From the NCBI GenBank assembly GCA_963761335.1, contig CAVXGR010000018.1, positions 224,001 to 288,000 on the forward strand: a stretch of 64,000 bases of DNA, in the 5' to 3' direction. How positions within the stretch are numbered: position 1 is the first letter of the stretch; the number at the start of each line of letters is the position of its first letter. Under the pieces are notes generated by a model that had not been told where the DNA came from, did not search any database, and saw only the letters and a list, made by a program, of their open reading frames with translations. This stretch comes from an uncultured delta proteobacterium (GTDB lineage: Bacteria; Desulfobacterota; Binatia; HRBIN30; BPIQ01). Position numbers and translations under genes: made by a program. Below are positions 1 to 8,929 of the stretch, one piece after another.

Positions 1-509
1 TGCACGTACAATAGGGACAGCAGGCCGACGAACAGCAGGGCCAGCTGCGCGACGGGGCGGTCGGCGCGCACCTCGCCGGTGCGGGCGCCGCGCTCGAGGA
101 TTTTCTCGACCATGCCCATGAAGGGGGCGAGGTTCTCGAGAATGATCGGATAGGTCTGGCGGCGGAAGCTCATCGCCTCGCGCAGCAGGACCTTCATGAA
201 GTCCTCCTCGTCGCGCAGCACGGAGACGTCGGCGCGCACCAGCGCCGTGAGCCGCTCGCGGACGGAGTCGCCGTGCCTCAGCCCGGAGTAGCGCTGCACG
301 GCGCGCCGGCAGCCCTCGGCCAGGACCTCACCGAAGAGCTCCTCCTTGCTGGCGAAGTAATTGTAGACCGTTCCCTTGGCGAAGCCGGCCTCGAGCGCGA
401 TGGTGTTGATGTTGGCGCGCTCCAGCCCGTGCAGCGCGAAGTGGCGTGCCGCCGACTCGACCAGATCCTGTCTCACCCGTTGCTTTGCCGCTGTCGTGAT
501 CCGCGCCAT
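1..509 (-). CDS. TetR/AcrR family transcriptional regulator (3' end runs off the window)
   Basis: Manual translation from ATG at 509: MARITTAAKQRVRQDLVESAARHFALHGLERANINTIALEAGFAKGTVYNYFASKEELF, a classic TetR HTH. Not in the ORF track because it is partial. Confidence 0.9.
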   Translation of the reverse strand, partial: MARITTAAKQRVRQDLVESAARHFALHGLERANINTIALEAGFAKGTVYNYFASKEELFGEVLAEGCRRAVQRYSGLRHGDSVRERLTALVRADVSVLRDEEDFMKVLLREAMSFRRQTYPIILENLAPFMGMVEKILERGARTGEVRADRPVAQLALLFVGLLSLLYV

Positions 510-518
510 GAGTCGATC

Positions 519-544
519 AATATGAGTGACCAGTCACCCATATT
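519..544. promoter_or_regulatory. Putative TetR operator palindrome
   Basis: AATATGaGTGAC-ca-GTCACcCATATT, 22 of 26 positions palindromic, 10 bp upstream of the TetR start and between divergent genes. Confidence 0.7.
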
Positions 545-582
545 AGACATGAAGTCGGGAGTCAAGTCGGGAGGTTGCGGAA

Positions 583-650
583 GGGTTGTTGGTTGTTGGG
601 TGTTAGGTGTTCGCGCTCACCCAACACCCAACCCCTCAACACCCAACACC
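583..650. repeat. Inverted repeat built of 7-8 bp periodic units (GGTTGTTG.../...CAACACC)
   Basis: gggttgttggttgttgggtgttaggtgtt ... cccaacacccaacccctcaacacccaacacc; related elements at about 56225 and 62841. Confidence 0.7.
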
Positions 651-713
651 TCAGCGGCCGTCTCGCGTCTGACCTCGCGAATTGGTAATTGAGTTTCATC
701 GCGGAGGGGCAAA

Positions 714-2432
714 ATGGATCGAGAGTTCTTCCATCGCGACATGCAGTTCTACATCGATCACGGCGTCGACTGGGAGCGCTACTTTCGCCTGCGTCGCGGC
801 GAAGGGGTGGATGTCGCCGCCGAGATCGATACCTTCAAGACCATCCTGCAGACCTGCGGCGAGATCTGTGAGGACATCGCCGCGGAGGCGCGCGAGCACT
901 GGCACGAGGAGGTGAAGCTGGTCGACGGGAGCGTGGTCGTGCCGCCACACGTCGCCAGCGGCTACGGGAAGCTGCGCGACGCCGGGCTCGTCTGCCTGCC
1001 GATCAGCTCTGCGTACGGCGGGCCGGACCTGCCGATGCTGGTGAACATCTTCTACCTGGAGATGATTGCCCGCGCCGACTCCAGCCTGATGACCATCGTC
1101 GGCTTGCAGAGCGGCGCCGCCGGCGACATCGAGAGATACGGCAGCGAGGAGCTGAAGCAAGCCTACCTGCCGCGTTTCGCCACCGGAGAGCTGCAGGGCT
1201 CGATGGACCTCACCGAGCCGCAAGCGGGCTCCGACCTCGGCGCCATCCGCACCCGCGTGACCGAGGAGGACGGACATTCCTATGTCGATGGCGAGAAGAT
1301 CTTCATCACCAACGGCGGCGCCGACGTTCATCTGGTGCTGGCTCGCGACGCGGCGAACTTCGAGAGCTCCAGAGGCACGACCAACGGCCTGAGCCTCCTG
1401 CTCTGCCCGATGGTTCTCGCCGACGGCCGCCGCAACGGGGTGCGCGTCTCCCGCGTCGAGTCGAAGATGGGCATCCACGGCTCGCCGACCTGCGTCGTCG
1501 AGTTCGATCACGCCGAGGCCTTCCTCCTCGGCCAGCGGGGCGGTGGTTTTCGCGCCATGCTCGACCTGATGAACAACGCCCGTCTCGGCGTCGCCGCGCA
1601 GGCCCTCGGCGTCGCCGAGGCCGCCTACCGCGAGGCGCGCACCTACGCCGGCGAGCGCGTGCAGTTCAATGCGCCGATCATCGAGCAGCCCCTGGTGAAG
1701 AGCATGCTGACGCTGATGGCGGTCAACATCCAGGCAGCGCGCGCGCTCCTCTACCACACCTGCGCGCTGATCGATCAGACCGAGGCCATCAAGGCGCGGC
1801 TCGACGCCGCCGACGTCAATGACCCCGAGCGCGAAAGCCTCGAGGGAGAGGCGCGCCGCAATACCCAGCTGATTCGTTTTTTCACGCCGCTCTGCAAGTA
1901 CTACGCGACCGAGATCAGCAGCGACGTCACCCGCAAGGGCATCCAGGTGCACGGCGGAATCGGCTACATGGCCGAGTCGGCCGCCGGCCACTATCACTCG
2001 GACTCCATCATCACCACGATCTACGAGGGCACCTCGGAGATTCAGGCCAGCTTCGCCCTGCAGGAGATGGCCCGCGGCGCCTTGCTGGCGACTCTCGACA
2101 AGACCCGCAGCGACCTCGAGCGACAGCGGTCCCGCGACGGCGAGCTGGTGGACCAGGTGTGCAAGGGCATCGACTGGATCGGGCAGTCGACGGCGGCGCT
2201 CATGGGCGACCCGCAGTATGCGCTGCTGAACGCCAAGCGCGTCTGCGAGATGGTGATCGACGTCGTCGTCGCCGCCGAGTTTCTCCAGCAGGCGAATTTC
2301 TCGGAGGACAAGCGCGACCTGGCCTCGACCTTCATCCACCGCCGCATGCTCGCCGTCGAGATGAACGCCCGCCGCGTCAGCAGCGGCGACGCCTCGCGCA
2401 TCAAGAAGTACGACCGCATTCTGGATCTGTGA
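714..2432 (+). CDS. Acyl-CoA dehydrogenase
   Basis: Motifs MDLTEPQAGSDL, GEKIFITNG, KMGIHGSPTC, MNNARLGV, IQVHGGIGY, IYEGTSEIQ; RBS GGAGG. Confidence 0.95.
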   Translation: MDREFFHRDMQFYIDHGVDWERYFRLRRGEGVDVAAEIDTFKTILQTCGEICEDIAAEAREHWHEEVKLVDGSVVVPPHVASGYGKLRDAGLVCLPISSAYGGPDLPMLVNIFYLEMIARADSSLMTIVGLQSGAAGDIERYGSEELKQAYLPRFATGELQGSMDLTEPQAGSDLGAIRTRVTEEDGHSYVDGEKIFITNGGADVHLVLARDAANFESSRGTTNGLSLLLCPMVLADGRRNGVRVSRVESKMGIHGSPTCVVEFDHAEAFLLGQRGGGFRAMLDLMNNARLGVAAQALGVAEAAYREARTYAGERVQFNAPIIEQPLVKSMLTLMAVNIQAARALLYHTCALIDQTEAIKARLDAADVNDPERESLEGEARRNTQLIRFFTPLCKYYATEISSDVTRKGIQVHGGIGYMAESAAGHYHSDSIITTIYEGTSEIQASFALQEMARGALLATLDKTRSDLERQRSRDGELVDQVCKGIDWIGQSTAALMGDPQYALLNAKRVCEMVIDVVVAAEFLQQANFSEDKRDLASTFIHRRMLAVEMNARRVSSGDASRIKKYDRILDL

Positions 2433-2448
2433 GACCGGGCGCTGCGCC

Positions 2449-3048
2449 TCAGCCGAGAATCGCGCTCATGCGCACGGCGTAGATAAAGTCGCCGCTCACC
2501 CTTAGCCGCCGGCGGAAGAAGAGGCCCGGCGGGCTCCTGTGGCCGCTCTGCATCGCCAGGAAGTCGTCGAGCTTCATGGACACGGTCGCTCTCGGCGGCG
2601 TCTGCTCGCCCGGGCCGGGAGTGATGAACATCTGCCGCGTGGCGCCGTCGTGGTCGATGTGGAAGGCCAACGTGGCAAGGGTGCTGCCGACGGCGCCGGC
2701 GATTGTGGCGGCCTTGTGATCGTCGACGAAGAGCGGCTTGAAGGCGTCGAGCGACGACTCCGAGAGCGCCCCGCGTGCGTCGACCTCACGCTGCGTGCGC
2801 TCGACGAAGATGGCGGTGAAATCGGCGCGCGAGATGCTGATCTGTAAGAGCGTGTCCGGCGGCTTTCCGCGGCAGACGCAGAGATCTCCGCCCGCAACCT
2901 TCACTGCCCAGGAGCCGTCGCCGGCGATCTCGAAGACGGCCGCTCCAGGAGAGTCGTGCGACGGGAATCGCTGGCGGTGCTCGGCGAACTGCGCCGGGAA
3001 GAAGCGCTCGAAGAACTCGGCGGGATCTCTGGGAATCACCTGCGCCAC
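2449..3048 (-). CDS. Hypothetical protein, SCP2 sterol/lipid-binding-like
   Basis: Segments FEIAGDGSWAVKVAGG, LQISISRADF, ATVSMKLDDF and RLRVSGD resemble SCP2 domains. Confidence 0.55.
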   Translation of the reverse strand: MAQVIPRDPAEFFERFFPAQFAEHRQRFPSHDSPGAAVFEIAGDGSWAVKVAGGDLCVCRGKPPDTLLQISISRADFTAIFVERTQREVDARGALSESSLDAFKPLFVDDHKAATIAGAVGSTLATLAFHIDHDGATRQMFITPGPGEQTPPRATVSMKLDDFLAMQSGHRSPPGLFFRRRLRVSGDFIYAVRMSAILG

Positions 3049-3125
3049 GGCGATTAGGCTGTATCACGAGCGGCACCCGAACATCAGGTGGATTGGCAAG
3101 TTATGCAGTGCCGAGCCCGCCCCGA

Positions 3126-3153
3126 TTGACTTGTCCATAGATGTCCATAAGAA
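3126..3153 (+). promoter_or_regulatory. Putative sigma70 -35 box followed by a TGTCCATA direct repeat
   Basis: TTGACT at 3126-3131; TGTCCATA at 3132 and 3142 (10-bp period); the -10 box is weak. Confidence 0.45.
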
Positions 3154-3181
3154 GAGATAGACAGGCGGATCGAGGTAACGA

Positions 3182-3907
3182 GTGCAGCTTACTGTCCGAG
3201 ATGTCTCCACGCTTCTGAAGGTCTCCGAGAAGACCGTCTATCGCTGGGTCAGCCAGGGGATCCTTCCCGCCTATCGGGTCAGCGATCAGTACCGCTTCAA
3301 CCGCGCCGAGCTGCTCGAGTGGGCGACGTCGCGCAAGATGAACGTCTCGGCGGAGCTCTTCGATGAGCCGGAGAGCTCCGCGACGCCGATTCCCGGTCTG
3401 CTCGAGGCGCTGCAGGCGGGCGGAATTTTCTATCGCATCGGCGGCACGGACAAGGAGTCGGCGCTGCGCGGCGTGGTCGAGCACATGCGACTGCCGGAAG
3501 AGGTGGATCGCGATTTCCTGCTGCGCGTCCTGCTGGCGCGAGAGGCGTTGCAGTCGACCGCCATCGGCGACGGCATTGCCATCCCGCACGTGCGCAACCC
3601 GATCGTCCTGCACGTCACCCGGCCGATGGTCTCGCTGTGCTTTCTCGAGCGGCCCGTCGACTTCGGCGCCCTGGATGGCAAGCCGGTTTTCGCGCTCTTC
3701 TCGCTGATCAGCCCCACCGTGCGGGCCCACCTGCGGTTGCTCTCGCGACTGGCGTTCGCTCTCAATGACTCGCGCTTCAAGGACGCCGTCCTGCGGCGGG
3801 CCTCGCGTGAGGAGATCCTGGCGGAGGCCCGCAGGGTGGAGACCTGCGTGGCGAGCGATACCGGCGGGCGCCCCGGCAAGACAGCGAAGCGCGCCGCGAA
3901 GGCGTAG
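3182..3907 (+). CDS. Excisionase-type HTH fused to a PTS EIIA(Ntr)-like domain
   Basis: N-terminal LTVRDVSTLLKVSEKTVYRW...YRF; C-terminal STAIGDGIAIPHVR (phospho-acceptor His), VDFGALDGKPV, HLRLLSRLA. Confidence 0.9.
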   Translation: MQLTVRDVSTLLKVSEKTVYRWVSQGILPAYRVSDQYRFNRAELLEWATSRKMNVSAELFDEPESSATPIPGLLEALQAGGIFYRIGGTDKESALRGVVEHMRLPEEVDRDFLLRVLLAREALQSTAIGDGIAIPHVRNPIVLHVTRPMVSLCFLERPVDFGALDGKPVFALFSLISPTVRAHLRLLSRLAFALNDSRFKDAVLRRASREEILAEARRVETCVASDTGGRPGKTAKRAAKA

Positions 3908-5884
3908 ATGGCGGCCGTTCTCGTCGCCATCGGCGCCATGCTGCTCGGCGGCGGCGCCGCCTTCGCCAGCGCCGCCTGGCCGCGTCGCTGCGGCGATTTC
4001 GCAGTCGCCGGCGTCGTCGTCGGCAGCCTCGTTGCCATCATCCCGGCGGTGCGCGTCCTCCTCGGCGGCGCGGCGCCCTCGCTGCGCCTTGCCTGGGATG
4101 TTCCCTATGGCTCCTTCTTCGTCGGCATGGACGCCCTCTCGGCCTTCTTTGTCGCGCTGATCTGTCTGGTCGCGCCGCTGGCGGCGGTGTGGGGACGCGT
4201 CTATCTCCTCGAGCATCCCGCCCACAGATCCCTCGGTCCGCCGTGGCTCTTCTTCAACCTCCTGGTGGCGAGCATGATGCTGGTGGTCATCGCCCGCAAC
4301 GCGGTGCTCTTCCTCGTCGCCTGGGAGGTGATGGCGCTGGCCTCGTTCTTTCTCGTCACCTTTCACGACCAGGACGAGGCGGTTCGCGACGCCGGCTGGA
4401 CGTATCTGGTCGCCACTCACCTGGGCACGGCGTTCCTGCTGGCGCTCTTCGTTCTCCTCGGCTCCCACGGCGCCTCCCTCGATTTCGACCATTTCTCGGC
4501 GCCGGCGACCGGCAGCGGTCTCCTCTTTCTCCTCGCCGTGATCGGCTTTGGCGCCAAGGCCGGCTTCGTGCCCTTTCACGTATGGTTGCCGGAGGCCCAC
4601 CCGGCGGCGCCCAGCCACGTCTCGGCGGTGATGTCCGGGCTGATGATCAAGACCGGGATCTACGGGCTGATCCGCGTCATCACCTTTCTCGGGCCGCCGC
4701 CGGCGTGGTGGGGCGGGGTGTTGATGGCGATCGGGCTGGTCTCGGCGATCTACGGCGTCCTCTTTGCCCTCGCCCAGAGCGATCTGAAGCGCATTCTGGC
4801 GTACTCCAGCATCGAGAACAGCGGCGTCATCGCTCTCGGCCTCGGCGTCGGTCTACTCGGCGTCAGCGCCGGCGCCGTGCCGCTGGCGGCGCTCGGTTTC
4901 GCCGGGGCTCTCCTCCACGTATTGAATCACGCCCTCTTCAAGAGCCTGCTCTTTCTCGGCGCCGGCGCTGTCGCGCAGGCGAGCGGCAGCCGCGAGATCG
5001 AAGGCCAGGGTGGCCTGCTGGCGCGTATGCCCTGGACCGGAGCCACCTTTTTCGTGGGCGCCGTGGCCATCGCCGGTCTGCCTCCTCTCAACGGCTTCAT
5101 GAGCGAGTGGCTGATCTATCTCGGTACCCTGCGCGCCGCCGCCGAGGGCAGTGCGGGGGTTGCCGCAGCGGCCGTCGCCGCGATTGCCGGACTGGCGCTG
5201 GTCGGCGGTCTCGCCGCAGCCTGCTTCGCGCGCGCTTTCGGCGTCGTCTTTCTCGGGGAGCCGCGCAGCGACCGGGCCCGCGGCGCCCGCGAGACCGGCG
5301 TCGGCCTGTGGGCGCCGCTGCTGCTCTTGGCGGCCCTGTGTGTCCTCAGCGCTGCCTTGGCGCCGCTGCTGCTGCGCGCCGCGATGCCCCTGGTCTCGAG
5401 CGCCAGCGGCCTGCCGGCGGCGCAGTTGGCGCCGGCGCTCTCGGTTGCCAGCGGCTCTCTCGCGCAGGTGGTTGGCGGCTCTCTCGCCTTCGTCGCGCTG
5501 ATCGCTCTCGCCTGGGGGCTGCGCCGCTGGTTGCTGGCCCGGCATCCGGCGGAGCCGGGTGTCACCTGGGACTGCGGTTACGCCGCACCCTCGCCGCGCA
5601 TGCAGTACACCGCGTCTTCCTTCGCCGAGCCGCTGACGACGCTCTTTGCGTTTCTGCTGCAGACGCGCCGCCGCCTGACCGCTCCCGCCGGCTTCTTCCC
5701 GTCACATGCCGAGCTGACCGCGGAGACGCTCGACCTCTGCACCGAGCGTCTCTACCGGCCACTTTTCGCCACCGCCTCCCGCGGCCTGGCGCGGGCGCGG
5801 TGGCTCCAGCACGGAAGGGTGCAGGTCTACATCCTGTACATCGCTCTCACCTTGCTGGTGCTGCTGGCCTGGGAGCTCGGCTGA
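3908..5884 (+). CDS. hyfB: Hydrogenase-4 component B-like antiporter subunit (Ehr complex)
   Basis: FLVAWEVM, PFHVWLPEAHPAAPSHVSAVMSG, DLKRILAYSSIEN, PPLNGFMSEW, TWDCGY. Confidence 0.9.
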   Translation: MAAVLVAIGAMLLGGGAAFASAAWPRRCGDFAVAGVVVGSLVAIIPAVRVLLGGAAPSLRLAWDVPYGSFFVGMDALSAFFVALICLVAPLAAVWGRVYLLEHPAHRSLGPPWLFFNLLVASMMLVVIARNAVLFLVAWEVMALASFFLVTFHDQDEAVRDAGWTYLVATHLGTAFLLALFVLLGSHGASLDFDHFSAPATGSGLLFLLAVIGFGAKAGFVPFHVWLPEAHPAAPSHVSAVMSGLMIKTGIYGLIRVITFLGPPPAWWGGVLMAIGLVSAIYGVLFALAQSDLKRILAYSSIENSGVIALGLGVGLLGVSAGAVPLAALGFAGALLHVLNHALFKSLLFLGAGAVAQASGSREIEGQGGLLARMPWTGATFFVGAVAIAGLPPLNGFMSEWLIYLGTLRAAAEGSAGVAAAAVAAIAGLALVGGLAAACFARAFGVVFLGEPRSDRARGARETGVGLWAPLLLLAALCVLSAALAPLLLRAAMPLVSSASGLPAAQLAPALSVASGSLAQVVGGSLAFVALIALAWGLRRWLLARHPAEPGVTWDCGYAAPSPRMQYTASSFAEPLTTLFAFLLQTRRRLTAPAGFFPSHAELTAETLDLCTERLYRPLFATASRGLARARWLQHGRVQVYILYIALTLLVLLAWELG

Positions 5885-5889
5885 GGCCG

Positions 5890-6801
5890 ATGTCCGCCGC
5901 CTCTCTCGCCGGCACGGCGCTGCCCTTCGCGCTGGCCCCGCTGCTTCTCGGCGTCATCAACCGCACCAAGGGAATCGCGGCCGGCCGCCGCGGGCAGCCG
6001 CTGCTGCAGCCGTACTTCGATCTGGCGAAGCTGCTGCGCAAGGGGGCGGTGTACAGCCGCACCACCACCTGGGTGTTCCGCGCCGGCCCGCTGGTCTCCT
6101 TCGCCGCGATCAGCATCGCCGCGGCAGTCGTGCCCTTCGGCGGCCATGCCGCTCCGCTGGCGTTCGCCGGCGATCTCGTCTTCTTCGTCTATCTGCTCGG
6201 CGTGGCCCGCTTCTTCACCGTCGCCGCCGCGCTCGACACCGGCTCGAGCTTCGAGGGAATGGGCGCCAGCCGGGAGGTGAGCTTCTCGGCCCTGGCGGAG
6301 CCGGCCCTGTTGCTGGCGCTCGTCGCCCTGGCGCGGCAGACGCGGAGCCTGTCGCTCTCGGGGATCTACGCCGGCATCGGCGCCGACAGCTGGGCGGCCG
6401 CCGCGCCCGCCTTCGCCCTCTTGCTGGCCGCCATGGCGGTCGTCTTCCTGGCCGAGAACGCGCGCATCCCCGTCGACGATCCGACCACGCATCTGGAGCT
6501 GACCATGATTCACGAGGTGATGATCCTGGACCACAGCGGAGCGGATCTGGCCTTCATTCTCTACGGCAGCGCCTTGAAGCTCTGGCTGCTGGCGGCGCTC
6601 ATCGTCGGCCTCGCCATACCGGCGCGCGGCACCGCCGTCTGGTTCGACACCGGCGCCGCCATCGCCGGGATGATCGGCGTGGCCGTGCTCACCGGAGTGG
6701 TCGAATCGTCCATGGCTCGCTGGCGCCTGCGGCGTGTTCCCCAGCTCCTGGTCGGCGCCGGCATCCTCTCGGCTCTGGCGCTGGTGCTGATCCTGCGTTG
6801 A
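5890..6801 (+). CDS. hyfC: HyfC/HycD/NuoH-like membrane subunit
   Basis: GQPLLQPYFDLAKLLRK, DTGSSFEGMGASRE, ENARIPVDDPTTHLELTMIHE; start reassigned to ATG 5890. Confidence 0.9.
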   Translation: MSAASLAGTALPFALAPLLLGVINRTKGIAAGRRGQPLLQPYFDLAKLLRKGAVYSRTTTWVFRAGPLVSFAAISIAAAVVPFGGHAAPLAFAGDLVFFVYLLGVARFFTVAAALDTGSSFEGMGASREVSFSALAEPALLLALVALARQTRSLSLSGIYAGIGADSWAAAAPAFALLLAAMAVVFLAENARIPVDDPTTHLELTMIHEVMILDHSGADLAFILYGSALKLWLLAALIVGLAIPARGTAVWFDTGAAIAGMIGVAVLTGVVESSMARWRLRRVPQLLVGAGILSALALVLILR

Positions 6802-7460
6802 TCGAGATGCTCGCCCTGATCGATACGGCGCTGATCGTTCTGGCGCTCACCAGCCTCCTGCTGCTCGGCTCGAGCCGGCTGAACCGATGCATTCGCATCG
6901 TCGCCGTGCAGGGAGTGACTCTCGGCGGGCTGACGCTGGCGGTTCCGGGGCACGAGCCGTCGCTTCGCGTCGTCTTTCTCGCCGTCGCCATCGTCGGGCT
7001 GAAGGGCGTCGCCTTCCCCTGGTTGCTGTCGCGGGTTCTGCGGGAGGCAGGCGTGCGGCGCGAGATCGACCCCGCCGTCGGCTACGTCGTCTCGATGCTG
7101 CTCGGCGGCCTGGGCCTGGCGCTGTCGTTCTGGGCCGGCGCCCGCCTGCTGCTGCCGGCGCCGCCGGTCTCGGATCTCATCGTCCCGGTGGCCCTCTTCA
7201 CCACGCTCGCGGGGCTGTTCCTGATCATCACCCGGCTGAAGGCGCTCACCCAGGTGCTCGCCTACCTGGTGATGGAGAACGGTATCTACCTCTTCGGCGT
7301 CGGCGTCGTGCGCGGCACGCCGATGCTCGTCGAAATGGGGGTGCTGCTCGACGTCTTCGTGGCGGTGTTCGTCATGGGCATTGCCATCTTCCACATCAGT
7401 CGCGAGTTCGACCACATCGACACCGATCGACTGAATGCGCTGCGGGACTGGGTGCCATGA
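6798..7460 (+). CDS. hyfE: HyfE-like membrane subunit
   Basis: Hydrophobic; QVLAYLVMENGIYLFG, VEMGVLLDVFV; operon position. Confidence 0.88.
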   Translation: MIEMLALIDTALIVLALTSLLLLGSSRLNRCIRIVAVQGVTLGGLTLAVPGHEPSLRVVFLAVAIVGLKGVAFPWLLSRVLREAGVRREIDPAVGYVVSMLLGGLGLALSFWAGARLLLPAPPVSDLIVPVALFTTLAGLFLIITRLKALTQVLAYLVMENGIYLFGVGVVRGTPMLVEMGVLLDVFVAVFVMGIAIFHISREFDHIDTDRLNALRDWVP

Positions 7461-8929
7461 TCATCGCGGCTCTTCTCGCCGTGCCGCTCTGCACCGCTGC
7501 CGGCGCCTACTTCACCGCACGCGACACCGTCCGGCGTGCGCTGCTGGCGCTCGCCGCCGTTCTCCACGCGGGGCTGACGGCGGCGAGCTGGATCTGGCAG
7601 GGCGGGGCGCTCCTGGGAGGGTGGCTGTTCCTCGACGCCCCCGGGCGCCTCTTTCTCAGCATCACCAGCGCTCTGTTTCTCGCCGTCGCCTTCTACGGCG
7701 TCGGCTATCTCCAGCGGGAGAATCCCGGGGCGCGGCCCGACTTCGAGGAAGGGTTGCTCTTCAGCAACGAGCGCGAGGCCACCTTCACGGCGTGCCTGCT
7801 GCTCTTTCTCGCGGCGATGACGCTGGTGTGCGTGAGCCAGAGATTCGGTCTGCTCTGGGTGGCGATCGAGGCGACGACGCTGGCGAGCGCGCCGCTGATC
7901 TATTTTCACCGGCATCATCGCTCGCTCGAGGCCACCTGGAAGTATCTGCTGATCTGCTCCGTGGGCATTGCCCTGGCGCTGCTCGGCAACTTCTTTCTCG
8001 CCGTCGCCGCGTCCGATAGCAGTGGCACCGCGGTTCCGCTCGTGCTCGGCGACCTGCTGCGCCAGGCGCCGCATCTGCACGTCCCCTGGCTGCGAGCCGC
8101 GTTCCTGCTCTTCCTCGTCGGCTACGGCACGAAGATGGGGCTGGCGCCGTTGCACACGTGGCTGCCGGACGCCCACAGCGAAGCGCCGTCGCTGGTCTCG
8201 GCTCTGCTTTCGGGAGCGCTGCTGAACTGCGCCTTCCTCGGCATCCTGCGCCTGCAGCAGGTCTGTGCGGCGGCGGGGCAGGGGGCGTTCTGTCAGGAGT
8301 TGCTGGTCGGCTTCGGCCTTCTCTCGATCGCCGTCGCTGCCCTGTTCATCGCCGGGCAGCAGGACTACAAGCGCGTGCTCGCCTACTCGAGCGTCGAGCA
8401 CATGGGCATCCTGGCGCTCGGTGTGGGTATCGGCGGTGCCGCCACCTTCGGCGCCATGCTGCACGCGCTGAACCATTCGCTCACCAAGGCCATGATGTTC
8501 CTGATCTCCGGCAACATCCTGGCCGCCTATCGCTCGAAATCGACCGCGGAGGTACGCGGCGTCATCCGCGCGCTGCCGGCCTCGGGGGTGCTCTGGGTGG
8601 CGGGCTTTCTCGCCATCACCGGCTCTCCGCCCTTCGGCCTGTTCCTCAGCGAGCTGATCATCTTGAAGGCGGCCCTGGATCAGGGGCGCGCCGCCGTGTC
8701 GGTCGTCTACCTGGCGTCGCTCGCCGTCGTCTTCATGGGCATGGCGACGGCAGTGCTGCGCATGGCCCAGGGAGAGCCTCTGGAAACCTCGGTGGCCACC
8801 TCGCGCCGCGAGCCCGTTCTGGCGATCATGCCACCAGCCGTGCTGGCGGCATGCGTCCTGCTCCTCGGCCTCTATCTGCCGCCGCCCCTCCGCGCCGCGC
8901 TCGAGGCGGCGGCGCGCGCCTTCGGATGA
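7457..8929 (+). CDS. hyfF: HyfF-like antiporter subunit
   Basis: WVAIEATTLASAPL, LEATWKYLLICSVG, GYGTKMGLAPLHTWLPDAHSEAPS, KRVLAYSSVEHMG; ATGA overlap with hyfE. Confidence 0.9.
   Translation: MIIAALLAVPLCTAAGAYFTARDTVRRALLALAAVLHAGLTAASWIWQGGALLGGWLFLDAPGRLFLSITSALFLAVAFYGVGYLQRENPGARPDFEEGLLFSNEREATFTACLLLFLAAMTLVCVSQRFGLLWVAIEATTLASAPLIYFHRHHRSLEATWKYLLICSVGIALALLGNFFLAVAASDSSGTAVPLVLGDLLRQAPHLHVPWLRAAFLLFLVGYGTKMGLAPLHTWLPDAHSEAPSLVSALLSGALLNCAFLGILRLQQVCAAAGQGAFCQELLVGFGLLSIAVAALFIAGQQDYKRVLAYSSVEHMGILALGVGIGGAATFGAMLHALNHSLTKAMMFLISGNILAAYRSKSTAEVRGVIRALPASGVLWVAGFLAITGSPPFGLFLSELIILKAALDQGRAAVSVVYLASLAVVFMGMATAVLRMAQGEPLETSVATSRREPVLAIMPPAVLAACVLLLGLYLPPPLRAALEAAARAFG

Noticed and set aside
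3093..3108. Sigma54 promoter TGGCAAGTTATGCA upstream of the Ehr operon
   Set aside because: Spacing is GG-N8-GC, not the required N10
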